Source: Phyllosticta citribraziliensis
Lineage: Eukaryota
DNA length: 64,000 nt
Assembly (NCBI RefSeq): GCF_038025025.1
Contig: NW_027117347.1
Location: 1,550,001-1,614,000 of the forward strand
Direction of reading: 5' to 3'
In this document: positions 1 to 12,315 of the stretch, in pieces
How positions within the stretch are numbered: the stretch's first letter is position 1
How the letters are laid out: every line of letters begins with the position of its first letter
Position numbers and translations under genes: made by a program
Notes under the pieces: generated by a model
What the model saw: only the letters and a program-made list of their open reading frames with translations
Databases searched by the model: none
Told to the model about the DNA's origin: nothing

Positions 1-257
1 CAATGCTCACTGCATGAGCTTTCTGACCTTGACCAGCTTGCTGCTCGGACGCCCAACGCTGCTCACGGGCATGCCGTGCTCTTTCACAGTTTACGCAGCC
101 TCGAAATTGGTAACCCATTGGTTTTTTTTTTTTTTTTTTTTTTTTTTTGTTGTACAGAGTACACAATGCTGTCCCTGTGTCGATCTCGTCGGCTTCTCCA
201 ATCTTCTCCGCCACAACCCGTCAGCAGGCGTTCGCAATTCTTGCGTCACCATTACAC

Positions 258-2187
258 TCAATATTGGCCCTCCAGGGTGAAGGTGCCCGTCTTGGTTACA
301 AGGTACTCATTGACTGCGACATCTTTACCCGACTCCTTGCCGTAGCCCGATTCCTTGATGCCGCCGAAAGGCGACTCGGCCGCAGATGAATTGCCTGGCA
401 CAAGGTTAGCAGCATTCACGTACAGTGCGATCCCACTTACCAGTGTTCATCCCGATCATACCGGCCTCCAGGTTCTCCAGCATACGCCACATTCGATCAA
501 CATTCTTCGTAAAGCAGTAGCTGGCAAGACCCATGCTCGTCTCATTTGCAGCCTTGACACCCTCTTCCTCGGTCTTGAATTTGAGAATCGACGCAATGGG
601 CGAAAAGTTTTCCTCGCAAGACGCCTGCATGTCAGGCTGAACGCCTGTGATGATGGTAGGTTCGAAGAAATAGCCTCCTTTTCCATCGACACGCTTCCCT
701 CCGATTACGATTTCGGCACCTTTCTCGCGAGCATCTTTTACAATCGACTCTGCCTTTTCAAGGCCTCGCGGCGTCGTTACGGGCCCCATAGTCGTACCAT
801 CTGCCGCGCCGTGGCCAACCCTGAGCTTCGCCGTTTCGGCGGCAAATCGCTTGACAAACGCGTCGAAGATGCCGTCTTGGACGTAGATTCGGTTTGCGGT
901 AATACACGCTTGTCCGGCATGGCGCCACTTGAGTGGAACGAGTTGCGCCATTACCTGATCAAGAGACGCGTCGTCAAAGACCAGAACAGGACAGTTTCCA
1001 CCAAGCTCCAGCGTCACTTTTTTGAGGCCTTCGGCGGCATTCTTGGCGACTATTTTCCCGACGCGCGTGCTGCCCGTAAACGTTATCTTCTTGACAAGCT
1101 CGTGGCGTGTCAAGGCCTCGCTGAGCTCCGGTGTCTTTTCCATGTCGGTGGTCAAGACGTTGAAAGCGCCGGGGGGGAATCCCGCCTCGGTTGCCAGATG
1201 CGCAAGAGCTAGACAAGTGATGGGAGTCTCCGGGCTGGGCTTGACAATCATGGTACATCCAGCTGCGAGCGCCGCGCCCACTTTACGCAGAACCATCGCT
1301 ATAGACGATTGTCAGGCTTGCACTCGAAAATTTCAGAGTCCCCCGGTCAGTGGAAAGGCTTACCGATGGGAAAGTTCCAGGGCACAAGAGCCGCGGCCAC
1401 GCCAATTGGCTGCTTGACGGTAAAGACGCGCCTGTTTGGCGCCGACGGCACGAAGACGGTGCCTTGGATGCGCTCCGCCTCGCCGGCAAACCACCACGTA
1501 AAGCCAGTGCTGTAGTCAAGCTCGCCATACGCCTCGGCAAGCGGCTTCCCCGTCTCGTACGTCAGCAACGTAGCCAAGTCGTCGTAATTGTCATGGATCA
1601 AAGCGTCCCATTTGAACAGCATTTTGGCGCGGGCACGCGGCGTAAGCTTCCGGTAGGACTGGAAGCAGTCGTACGCTGACTGGACGGCGGCGTCGACGTC
1701 TGAGGCATCGTTGATTGGACACGATGCCCACGGCTTGCCAGTGCCAGGATCTTTGCGCCCAAGGGGCCGACGCGTCAGTTGCAACTAATCTTGTTTTGGG
1801 AAGAGTCTGGAGACAAGGAAAAGCGTCCGCTCATGCGCGAATGTGATAGCTTCTCAGCACGCTGTGGCTACGACAAACCATGAAGAGGCGTTCGAAAAGG
1901 CCTTGGGAAAAGTAATCTTGCAGACGGTGTGGGGTTGCGGACGGGGAAAAGCGACACTGACCTATGACTTCAAATGTCTTGCCCGACGCGGCGTCTTTCC
2001 ATTGTCCGTGGATGTAGGATTGGCTCTGGAGAAGAGCTGGATTTTTGAGCTTTTAAACGAGAGTTCGATATCAGCGCCCATAACTAGACGACGCGAGGCA
2101 GCGCGCTTTCCGGGTTTGCGCCACGACTGGCATTGGTGTTGGAGAGCGAAGAGATGTGCTTACAGAAAAAGGGAGGTCGAAAGCCAT
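258..2187 (-). CDS. UGA2: Succinate-semialdehyde dehydrogenase (NAD(P)+), GabD/Uga2-like ALDH; multi-exon
   Basis: Spliced reading MAFDLPFS|LKNPALLQSQSYIHGQW...DPGTGKPW...PWNFP...KPSPETP...FTGSTRVGK...LELGGNCP...HAGQACITANR...EENFSP...PFGGIKESGYGKE...GQY*. Contains the ALDH catalytic Glu and Cys motifs. ORF pieces 1347-1784 and 406-1296. Confidence 0.9.
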
Positions 2188-3093
2188 GTTGCTAACTTTA
2201 TACGTGTCAGTTCAAACGTACGAGGCTGGCGCGACGAGCGCGTGGCGCGACGGCAAGCGTTTAATATATGAAATACAACTAGGAAGGCATCTGCAGCAGC
2301 CCTGGTCGTCACCCTGCTTTCCCTTTTCAAGCCTGCCCGCCGCGGACCAGGGACGCTAGGGCTGTGGTGTGTAGGGTAGGGCGTGGCGCATGGCCTTCTT
2401 TTCTCGAAGTAGCGGTACGTTCAAGGCACGTTCCCCATCACTCACCTTCTGAAGCAGTGTTGGTGCTGCTCTTTTCGGAATTTCTGACCGGACAGTCAGA
2501 TAGTTTGACCAGCTGTGTCTGCGGACGGCTTCTGGATTTTCTCTCAATCTGTTTGGTGAGCTACCTATCCGTGCCACACTTTCGCACCCAGCTTGGAACG
2601 GTGCCAGACCTCCTCTGGCTGGACCAGCCGGGCAGGGTGGCCAATCAGGACGGTCGGTGGTGCGGAGGAACCGCATACCCGCCCGAGACATGCGGGGAAA
2701 AGGTGGGTGGGACGCATCCTGAATGCTACCGACAGGGACCACGCGGGGAAATGGCTGCTTCGTCTCCCCTTTGTGCATGCCGCCGCTTGGGTGCCAACCG
2801 TGATATAACGCTGGCAACGATATTTGGAGAGGGATGCTCGTGATGTACGAGTATGACGTTTTGCGCTACCTACCAAGCCACTGTACTGATACCCCTCGAC
2901 GAGGGACGGCGCATTTGGCGGGGCACGCTGACGGCAAGCTCGACTTGCAGAAGTGGGCATGCTGCTGGCCGTCTGTTAAATTGGTTTATGTCTGCTTGCT
3001 TGGTACAGGATATCTGAAAGAGCTTGGATTTCTGCCGGTACGAAGGGCCATCAAGGGATATACATACACCAGCACATCATCGTCGACGTCAAC

Positions 3094-3401
3094 ATGGGTC
3101 GTTTGGACGGCAAAGTAGCCATCGTGACAGGTCTGCATTCACCATCTCCTCCTCCACACTTCACCTCTCTCCATAAGACACAGGCTCACCCACCCACCCA
3201 CCACAGGCGGCTCATCCGGCTTCGGCGCCGCCATCTCCCTTGCCTTCGCCGCCGAAGGCGCCCACGTCCTCATCTGCGACATCAACGAGGCCTCGGGCCG
3301 GGCCATCGCGTCCACCAACCCGAGCAACCTCACCTTCCAACCGCTCGACGTGACGAGCGCCGCGCAATGGGACGCCGCCATGGCCGCGGCCGTCGCCGCC
3401 C

Positions 3402-3436
<35 letters not shown>

Positions 3437-4029
3437 ACGTCGTACGCGCACAAGCCGACGCTGCAGGTCACCGAGGACGAGTTTGATCGCGTTTTTGCTG
3501 TCAATGTCAAGTCTGTTTTTCTGGGCTCGAATGCTTTTGCGAGGGCTGTTGTGGCGGCGGATCAATCCACCTCCCCCACCACCACTGCCACCAGCAACAG
3601 CAACTTCTCCATCATCAACATCTCCAGCACCGGCTCGCAGCGCCCGCGCCCCGAGCTCGTCTGGTATAACGCGTCCAAGGGCGCCGTGTCCAACGCGACA
3701 AAGGGGCTGGCCGCCGAGTTCGGGCCCGCGGGCATCCGCGTCAACGCCGTGCTGCCGCTCATCACGGCGACGGGGCTGTTCGAGACGTTTGTCGGGCCGG
3801 ACAGCGAGGGCGCGCGCGCGAAGCTGGCGCAGGGCATACCGCTGGGGAGGATTGGGAGGGTCGATGATGTGGTGGGTGCGTGTGTTTGGTTGGCGAGTGC
3901 GGAGGCCGGGTTTGTTACTGGGTGAGTTGATTTTTTGTCATTGGTGTTTGTTGAGTTTGGGGTGTTGTGGTGGCTGACTTTGATTTTTATAGGGTTAATT
4001 TGCCTGTTGATGGCGGGAGGTGTATTTGA
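3094..4029 (+). CDS. Short-chain dehydrogenase/reductase (FabG/TsaC-like), 3 exons
   Basis: MGRLDGKVAIVTG|GSSGFG (TGxxxGxG), NNAG, YNASK (YxxxK), IRVNAV, and C-terminal G|VNLPVDGGRCI*. Introns at about 3131-3206 and about 3922-3991. Confidence 0.9.
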
Positions 4030-4976
4030 GAGAGTAAGAGCGAGCGCGAGAGAGACGACGGACCACGCATCTTTCCTCTCCCTACAGTAGCAGAGGAGAG
4101 CCATTGCAGTAGAGAAGAAGAAATCGCAAATCAGGCACCTCCGTCTTGCCACTCATCTGCCAATACAGGTGCATGCTTACTCTCAAATGAAAACCCATCT
4201 GCTTTTGCTTTATTGCCCGCCATCGATGCACATACGATATCCAAGGGACTGACTGTTCATCCTTGGTAGTTGGTACATGACCACCCACAAAACCAAGCTC
4301 CCTCCCTAAGCGCAAGTATGGACAAACACTCCCAGCACACAGCCAGGCCCGCCATTTCTTCTAGAGTTGGTAGGTACTGTGGAAAGAGCTTTTTTATTTT
4401 GGATGGTCAATCAATCAAGACGACTGACTACCTGGAGGCACTTGAAACCACCACCCATCGTCCATCCACCCATCCATCCACTCATCTGCTTCGCACCGTC
4501 TTCGCACCATCCTCCCATCTACTCTCGCCCACCATCCACTCACCCACTCGCTCCCACTCCTCTTTTCATACGGAACCAGAAAAACCCAGAACCCACGCAC
4601 GCCGTCACAAAAACGCCATTTCAGAACGCCGGCGCACCACCACCATCACTACCATCATCATCATCATCATCGCCCGTCAGCGGCCTTTGCCTGCTGTGGT
4701 GGCAGTACCCGTCACCGCCGAAACCGAGAAAGCTTGAAGCCCATTCATCCATCCGTCCCGCTGATCGCCGCGAAAATGCAAATTTGCCAAAACGGAAACT
4801 CAGTCATGCAAAAAGGGGAAAAGGAAAAAGGAAAGAGAAGACGAGGAGGGAGAAACGCCAGGGAGAGAAGGAGCAGGCATGCCGCAAAGGAAAAAAGAGG
4901 GGTGAAAATGCGCTGCTGACGAGATAAAGGGGACGTCAAGACACTTGGGAGTTGAGGACTCGACGACGCCAACGCA

Positions 4977-7759
4977 TCAAGCCAAGTAGCGGTAGGCCGG
5001 GGGCGAGGCGTCCTCGATGCGCTCGAGGAACTCGCGCTCGATCAGCGCCTCGATGCGCATCTTGATCATGTTGATGTCCGGCCTGAACTGGTTCGCCAGC
5101 TGGCTGACGGTCTCGGAGACGAGCTGCGAGTGCGCCAGCTCCTTGCGTTGCCTGTGAAATCATGCGTTAGTACGAGCTCAAATAAAAGTAGGCAGTAAGA
5201 GGAACTTACTTCATGATGCGCACAACGGCGGCTTCGATGCAATAGCGGCGCTCGTCGTTGTTCTTGTCCTCCGTCTCGCGGCGCTCCTTGTCGCCCTCGA
5301 CCTTGTTGCCCGCCGTCACGACGCCAATCTTGACCTTGTGGAACTTGCCGCTGAAGCCGGGGTTGAAGAGGAACCTGTCCGTCGACTTGACCTCCTTGCT
5401 CATTGGCTCCTTGATCAGAACTCGAGTCTTGGGCGCGACGGCGAGCGATTGCAGGTTGCGCGCCAGCTCTTGCTTCGGGATGTTGGTCCTGGCGTGAATC
5501 TCCTCAAATGTCAAGGCCGCGCCATCGGCCACGTCGTTGAATAGCATCAAGATGATCATGGCGTAGGTCGACACGTTAATTTCGTGCTTGCGCTCCCTGA
5601 ACCCCTCTTTTGTGGGCACCTTGGGGAAAGTGGCTCTCATGTCGGCCGTACCCATGTTGCCGAGCCAGGTGAGGGTGCGACCAGAGTGGCGCTGGCCGTA
5701 GAACGCCTCGAACGACTTCTTCATGCGGTCGACCTCTGCAGGGTAGATGCATTTGTTTTTGCTTGCCTTCTGGCTGTCGTCACCGCCGCTTGATATCGTG
5801 TCCAAGGGCCAGGTCATGCTGGTAAGGATGCTGACCGAGACTTCGACGCGCTTGGGGTCGGGGTCGCCCAAGTTGGAGATGTGGTTCTTGAAGCCGTTGG
5901 TCAGCTCTTCCGAGATGGCCATATCCTTGAACATGGCCTCCAGCTTCGTCGTGAAGTTGTTTCCAAGCTCAATCTTCATGCGTGAAATCATCTGCTTCTC
6001 GACTTCGTTGCTGAGGGACTTGCTCATGAGGAGTCGCCTGCAGAGGTGCTTCTTGTAGTAGCGCTCAAACAGGTCCTTGTCGACAATGTACCGGAGCAGG
6101 ACGATGGCCTTCTCCAAGACAGCATCAACTTCAGCCTCCGTCTTGCCCTTGATGCCCTTCTTCATGTTGTCGTCAATGAACAACGAAATGTACTCCGAGC
6201 TCCTGGGGAAGGCAGAAGAGTTGATGAACTCGGTGAAACTCTTGGTCAGAGCTGATTGCATGCCCTGGTCCGACTTGAATGAGTGCCTCCATATGGCATC
6301 GAACCTGTCCTTGAGGATCAGCACATCCTCGACCCATTTGATGGCGGCGATGGTCGCCTGGTTGACGGCCTTTTCCGCAGGCTTCTTGCTCTTGTCGCCC
6401 TCTCCATTCTCGACCGGGGCCTGCGCGGGCTGGGCTTGAGACGCTGAAATCGCCGCCTTGTTGATGTCGGTGCCCATTTCGACCACCTGGTTCTGGATCG
6501 CCCTCACAAGCTCCTGCTTTCTTGAATCCACCCGGGCATTGAGGTCGTAGACCAAGCCCAGATCATCCAGCCTTTCGTTGGCAATCATGAACTTGACACC
6601 ACTGTCTGATTCTATAAGGTCGTGGATCTTGTTGGCGATGAGCTCGTCCTCGACGACCGACTCAATCCTCTGCGTCGTAGTCTCCGACAAGGTAGACTTG
6701 CAGCGATCAACTTCTTCGCGGATCCGTTTGCTCGTGTGTCGGCAGTAGCCTCCAGCATCCGACTCACGCAAGAGCCTGTCTCCCTCGGCCTTGTAGAACT
6801 GGCGACTAGCCTCCAGGAATTTCGGCTCAAAGGAGGTCACGTAGAGGCGCTGGTTGACGTCCTCCGACAAGCCCTCGAACAGGCTCTCCAGCATGTAGGT
6901 GCATGACTTGATGAGATGCTTGTCAATGACGTCTCCGGTCCTCTCCATGTGAATCTGGTCAAGGATAATTTGCGTAATAATCTCCATCATCGTCTCGTCG
7001 TGCTGCGGAATGTTCGGCGGCGAGCGCAAGATGTGCTCCCGGAAGAGGCGCAGAGAGGTCGTGTAGACGGAGGGCTGCCTGTTGTCCGCGCAATAAACAC
7101 GTTCCTGTTGAAATTGTCCTTGTCAGCTCCAACCCGAGACATTGGGGCAACGTCATAACCAACCATGTACATCAGGACGTCCGTCAGCATGGTCATGCAG
7201 AGCTGATAGTCCTGCCATTGCTCTCTGATTCCCCTCAGGAACTTCTCCTCTTGCAAACGGCGCTCATTGGTTGTAGTCTGGGAGTTGCCGCCCTTCAAGC
7301 CCGCGAGCAGGCTGGGAGAGATGAAGCTCGAGGCACCTTTCCTGACATCGTTCGTGAGCCAATCCCTCTCGAACTCGAGGACGCGGTTGTAGAGGTCCCC
7401 CCCCTTCTTCTTCAAAATGACGCGGTACGTGTGGCGGTACAAGGCCTCGTAGGACAGGTCCGACGCGTTCTTGGTGTGGATCTGGCGGATGGCGGCAGAA
7501 ATGGTGGCCCAGGTCGTTTCGAAGTCGACCTCGCTTCCGTTGATGCCCTGCAAGTGAGTGCTCATGTTAGCATCGGTACAGCTTGAGGGTTTGGTGCTGC
7601 TGCGCTCAGTTCAAGCTTGCCGGTGGGCAAGTAAGATCGGAGGTCCGGCGCCAGCAGCAAGTCGCCGACGCATGAACAAAGTCTCGCTCGGAGCAGACGT
7701 ACCCTGCGAGGCGGACGTATCCTATTCCTTTGCTGCATTCTGCCACCGTACATGGACAT
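4977..7759 (-). CDS. cul3: Cullin-3 (E3 ligase scaffold), multi-exon
   Basis: N-terminal MSMYGGRMQQRNRIRPPRR, LSYEALYR, DKDLFERYYKKHLCRRLL and cullin neddylation domain IEAAVVRIMK|QRKELAHSQL...IKMRIEALIEREFLER...YRYLA*. ORF pieces 6987-7565 and 5206-7029. Confidence 0.93.
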
Positions 7760-8249
7760 GTTCGATCCGGTAGGACTGCGCAGGTGGTCCAGAAGAGATG
7801 TGTTGAGGGTCCGAAGGTAGCTAGCTCTTAGCACCCGAAGCGAGCGCCGTGATCTGGGTCGGCGGAGGTCCAAGGCAACGCAGAGGAAGTTGAAGCGGCA
7901 AGGCTAGCGCGGCGAGAAGGTAGAGGAGGTCAAGAGTGAGCAGGACGCACACGCATTGTCGAGTGTGAGCGAATCGAGGTTGAGGAGGCGGAAGGACGCG
8001 AAGATGGATGTAGAGGGTGGGTCTGGAAGCTAGGGTAGCGGCACGAGGCGCCACACCACAGCCAGCGAGAGCAGCACCGGAGCCGGGGCCGAAGATGAGC
8101 CGGCGAATCCTGGAAGGTATGACGGCAGCCGGCAGAGACGCGTAAAGTGAACTGAACTTGACCTGAACCCACCAGACCGTCGTCCACCTCCAATTGCCCC
8201 AGTCACTTGATATACTGCTGTCTCACCAGCCTCGCCCCCTCCCAAAAAC

Positions 8250-8975
8250 ATGCGCTCATCTCGTACTCTCCTGCGCCTTTGTTCGCGCCAAGCGCAGCTC
8301 TTCTCAGCGCCTCGCTCCGCCGCTGCGCCGGCCCGCCGCGTTCATACAGCTAGCCGCCCTCAAAGCCATTTGCGCCAACACCAAGCATTCCTCCCCCAGA
8401 TCCAGCGCCGCGCCTTTTCGCACACGCCCGCCTCTCGCGACTCGCACGACAAGCCGCATCATGCCCCACCAGTGGTCCCCGCCGGCGCCGAGCGAGAGGT
8501 CGACCCCGAGATCCCCGCCTACAACTTGACCTTCACCTGCCGCGCCTGCACCACGCGCTCCGCCCATCGCATCACGAAACAAGGCTACCACGAGGGAACC
8601 GTCCTCGTCACATGTCCCGGATGCAAGAACAGGCACTTGATATCAGACCACCTCAAGGTGCGCCCTCCCCCCAATGCTTGTCTGGTACGCGACACCACCG
8701 CTGACGCTTCTTCGCAGGTCTTCCAAGACCAATCCGTTTCGCTCGAGGATATTCTCAAGCAGGCCGCTGAGGGCGGCCGCCAAGGCGTATCCCTCAAGCG
8801 CGGCGCCCTCAGCTCAGATGGCGACCTCGAGCTGTGGGACGACGGCACCGCGACGCCGCGCCAGGACGCCTTGAAGCCGGAGCCTCGCGCTCCCTCGGAA
8901 CCAAACAACAAACCGTACGGCTCTTCGTTTGCCAAAAACGACCCGTCAACGAAGGGCTCTGGTGACAAGAATTGA
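8250..8975 (+). CDS. ZIM17: Mitochondrial DNL-type zinc finger protein Zim17/Tim15 (Hsp70 escort)
   Basis: Arg/Ser/Ala-rich presequence, then FTCRACTTRSAHRITKQGYHEGTVLVTCPGCKNRHLISDHLK (zf-DNL). Probable 60-nt intron at 8658-8717. Confidence 0.9.
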   Translation: MRSSRTLLRLCSRQAQLFSAPRSAAAPARRVHTASRPQSHLRQHQAFLPQIQRRAFSHTPASRDSHDKPHHAPPVVPAGAEREVDPEIPAYNLTFTCRACTTRSAHRITKQGYHEGTVLVTCPGCKNRHLISDHLKVRPPPNACLVRDTTADASSQVFQDQSVSLEDILKQAAEGGRQGVSLKRGALSSDGDLELWDDGTATPRQDALKPEPRAPSEPNNKPYGSSFAKNDPSTKGSGDKN

Positions 8976-9712
8976 GACGCTGTTGGATTAGAGGAAAGGG
9001 GATAAATGAGGTAAAAAAATCATGGTGAAATTTATAACCGGCGTCCAGGAGCGTTCGTTGCAAAAGAAGCCGAAATGCGGCATGCTAATAAGATCATGTA
9101 TATTACGACATTGGGGCCGCTAAAAGATCTGTTACCATGTAGTCAGGCGGCGAAATTCAACTCCCATCTATTCTGCCCGTTGTGCGTTTCCTAGCTTTCC
9201 ATCGTGCTCCTGGGTGTTTCTGCGCTCGAATATCCATCCATCCATCCTTCTTCCAAAAACGTCACCAACAGCGCCAAATCTTTGTGGCATTGACGGTCTG
9301 CGAAATCATGGCTTTGGTGGACGAGGGCTCCCTAGTTGCGGCTTTCATGATGCATGACAGCTCCAGAAGTGCAGCCACGGGGGTAGACGACAGCTCCCGA
9401 CGCTGTGTCTGTCCAGACGGTCGCTTCAGTCACCCATGGCGTAGTCGCTCATTCTGCTGATAGACCCACACAGTATCATTTTTTCCGGCGTCCTTGACCG
9501 GATTTCTTTGGCCCACCGATTGTGACCTCATCCATTGGATATTGCCGGCTCAAGGAGACGACAGGCAGCGAGGGTTTTGAGACGACCGGGCCGTTCGCCC
9601 ATGTTTCTGCATGATAAACCGCTGGGATGCTGGTCCATGGCCACGCTCTGCCGAACAAGACGGAGTCGCGGTCATCAAGTACTTGCGATGACGTCATCTG
9701 GAAGACGACACC

Positions 9713-11590
9713 TCAAGTAGGCCCAGAATGGTTCAAAAGGCCGGCAGAAGCCTCCCTCTCAAGACTGAGCTTCATCTCAAGGTGAGAGTAGAAGTTGGGC
9801 GAGCGGCAAAACTCGACGTACAATGCGTCTCTCATCCTGTGGCGCTGCAGCGGCCCCTGGCCTCTAAACTTGACGGACGTGCCGTGCTTTGCGAGGCTGG
9901 TGAGGAAATCTGCTTCTGAAAAGTTTGGATACTGCAGGTTTCCACCTGGCGACTTGACGTTTGATGCCATGCCCGTTGCCAGATATCGGAGGATTGGCGC
10001 GAGGAATTGGGCAGTCAGTTCGGCAAAGTGCCGCCGTATGAGAGGGCCCACGGTGTCTGGAATTGCTTGGCCGGCTCGCAGGTTGCTGTCTAGATTTTGG
10101 AGAAATGCCCTGTCCGGTTTGAGATGCTTCTTAACGTCTAGATTGGATGGTATGCCACCAGGGATGTCGAAGCCTGGAGGGCAAGCCAGCTGAGACCGGT
10201 ACAGCTTGACCGGAACCGGGCTGTTGGGTTTTTGGAGGTAGATTACATATGGCGTGGAGCTCTGGGATGCTTCTGCAGCATTCAGGATCCGCTGTAGGAG
10301 GAAGGGATTCGTGATGCCGACGATGAAGTGCCGCGATGTGCCGCCGTTGAAGCCTGCAACACAAAATTCGGATTGCATTGTGACATAGGGCTTGACGTCA
10401 CCAGCATACGGGATTGGCTTGATCAGGTCAACGAGCCCAGACACGACATGGCTGCAGAGCTGTGGACTTTTGGCGATGACGATGATGTTTTCGCAAAGGA
10501 GCATCCTTTCAAAGACAGTGTAGAGCTCGGAGAGCGAAGGGAAGAAGGACACGAGATTTGCCCAGGAAGTAACCGGCTGGTAGGCGTAAATTGGCTGCGA
10601 GATGGTCTCCGCATGGTGAAGGCGAGCAGAAACGAGCCCCTGGAGCGGAAATCCCAGATGAGGGGCACTAGAATCTAGTTAGCGGACAGCCATCGCCGCT
10701 TGAAAGGATTCTCTTACATTTCGAGCACCAGTAAGGAACCAAGAAACGGAAGTTCAAGCCGCCCAACTGACGGCGGTGGCCAAGACGAGATTTGGGAACA
10801 GGCAACCTCAAACGTCGTCGGATCACAAAGGATGCCACCAGCCGTCATCAGATGGAGGATCTTGGTGAAGAAAGCCGGAAAGTTGTGGTTGGAGACCAGA
10901 ACTAGACTCTTTTGGTTGAAACGCCGTTTGGTATTACGATCGAACTCTTGGCGGAAGACACAGTTGCAGTAGAAGCTGTTGGGACTGCCATACGGTGGAC
11001 AGGGAGAGCCGAGTAGGATGTCTGGAGAGCGGTTGCGGATGGTGAATTGGAAGTTCAGATCCTCTCCCATTTCAGGGTTTTGTTGTTCTGGGAAGCTGTG
11101 GCGGTGTAAGGATATTTCCACAGCAGTGATAGGAACAGCAACACTGGGTGCTGAAAGAAACGATTCTGAGTCCAAGGAGTAGTTGTTCACTCCTGCAGAT
11201 GAAGCTAGAATTTTGTCTGCTGCCACAAGACGCCTAACAAACGCAGATGGGCCCAGGGAGCTTCATTTCCTTCGGCACCAGTGTGGCGGCAAAATAGATT
11301 CGTTGGAAAAGATGACTTGGAGGACGGGAAAAGAAAAAGGTCTTACCTGTTGAAGCATATTGCAGTCAAATCAGCTTGAGAGAAAGCCGTATCGGGAGGG
11401 TACACGAAAAGGACTTCGGGGCCCACATCTACGTTGAAATCGCAAACGACACTGCAGCTGTTAGTTGGAGCCAAAGGTTGCAGGAGAGCAGAACTGACAA
11501 AGATATGGCCCAGTGGCGGAAAGTGGAGAGAGAAAATGGCTGCGAAGTGCTGCGCTTGCGGTGGTGGATCATGTGCTTCAGCTTGTCCAT
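9713..11590 (-). CDS. DENND6/FAM116-like DENN-domain protein (putative Rab GEF), multi-exon
   Basis: Spliced reading HWAISF|VVCDFNVDVGPEVLFVYPP...ICFN|SFPEQQ...FQFTIR...FRQEFD...FNQKSLVLVS...WPPP...LPFLG...IVGITNPF...IRRHFAELTAQFLAP. This follows the DENND6 motif order as I recall it. Confidence 0.8.
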
Positions 11591-12315
11591 GTCGTGGGTT
11601 GTGTTTACGGTGCCCTGACTCGGGCCCCTATACCAGAAAGGCGGAAAAGAGTCAACGGACACGCAGGGCGATCCGGAGAGGATTTAAAGTTGGGACACGA
11701 CGAAGAGGGAGCATCACGGAGGGCAGAGGGGGGCAGAGGAGGTGGCAGGGCAAGAGATGTGACTTGAGCGAGACGAGACGAAGAGATGCAGTAGCATGGC
11801 GCAGGTCAGTAGTCAGTCAGTCAGGTCCAGGTCCAGGGCCAGCGACAAAGCCACGGCGAGCCGGACGTCGGGCCAAGGGGGAATCAGGTGGCCGCCTCCT
11901 GGCTTGTCTTGACGCTTTGTCTCGGCAATGACATTTCGACGCGCCTGATCCCTGGGCGGTGAGGTCACGATTGGGCCGACCTTGGTGCTTGGTCCTGTAG
12001 CTCCTCCAGCGTTCACGGCATGCGGAATCAATCATTGAGGCCTTGGTTTTGCTTCTTGCTTGCGCACCCCGAACAGATGCTGTGACAGCCGCTTGACTCG
12101 ATCTTCTGACGCGCTCAGGTCAGAACTGAGCAAACCGCCCGCCGTTGTCTCCTGCGGTGCCCATCTCCAGTCCTCCGCTGCCCGCTTCCTCTGCCGCCTT
12201 CCCCACCGAAACCACGGTCCAGCTTCAGGTCCAGCTCCAGCTCCAGCTCGAAGCTACCCTCCGCCTCGCACCTCCAGGCAAGCGCAATGCCCTTTGGCAC
12301 AACCGCGCCTTAGCC

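Noticed and set aside
1..345. Possible 3' end of a + strand gene (QCSLHELSDLDQLAAR...) and the poly-Phe ORFs
   Set aside because: Too short to assign. The Phe runs come from the T27 tract and the ORFs overlap the SSADH 3' end.
355..1212. 285-aa + strand ORF antisense to SSADH; similar long antisense ORFs lie over PRP6, fimbrin, flbE-like and FLC (e.g. 56045-57352)
   Set aside because: Shadow ORFs expected from GC-rich codon bias on the opposite strand, with no protein motifs.
8658..8717. Stop-free 3n introns (ZIM17 60 nt, VAC14 14997-15047, FLC 55972-56043, RFA1 62106-62150) as regulated intron retention
   Set aside because: Short GC-rich introns are often 3n and stop-free by chance. There is no evidence without RNA data.
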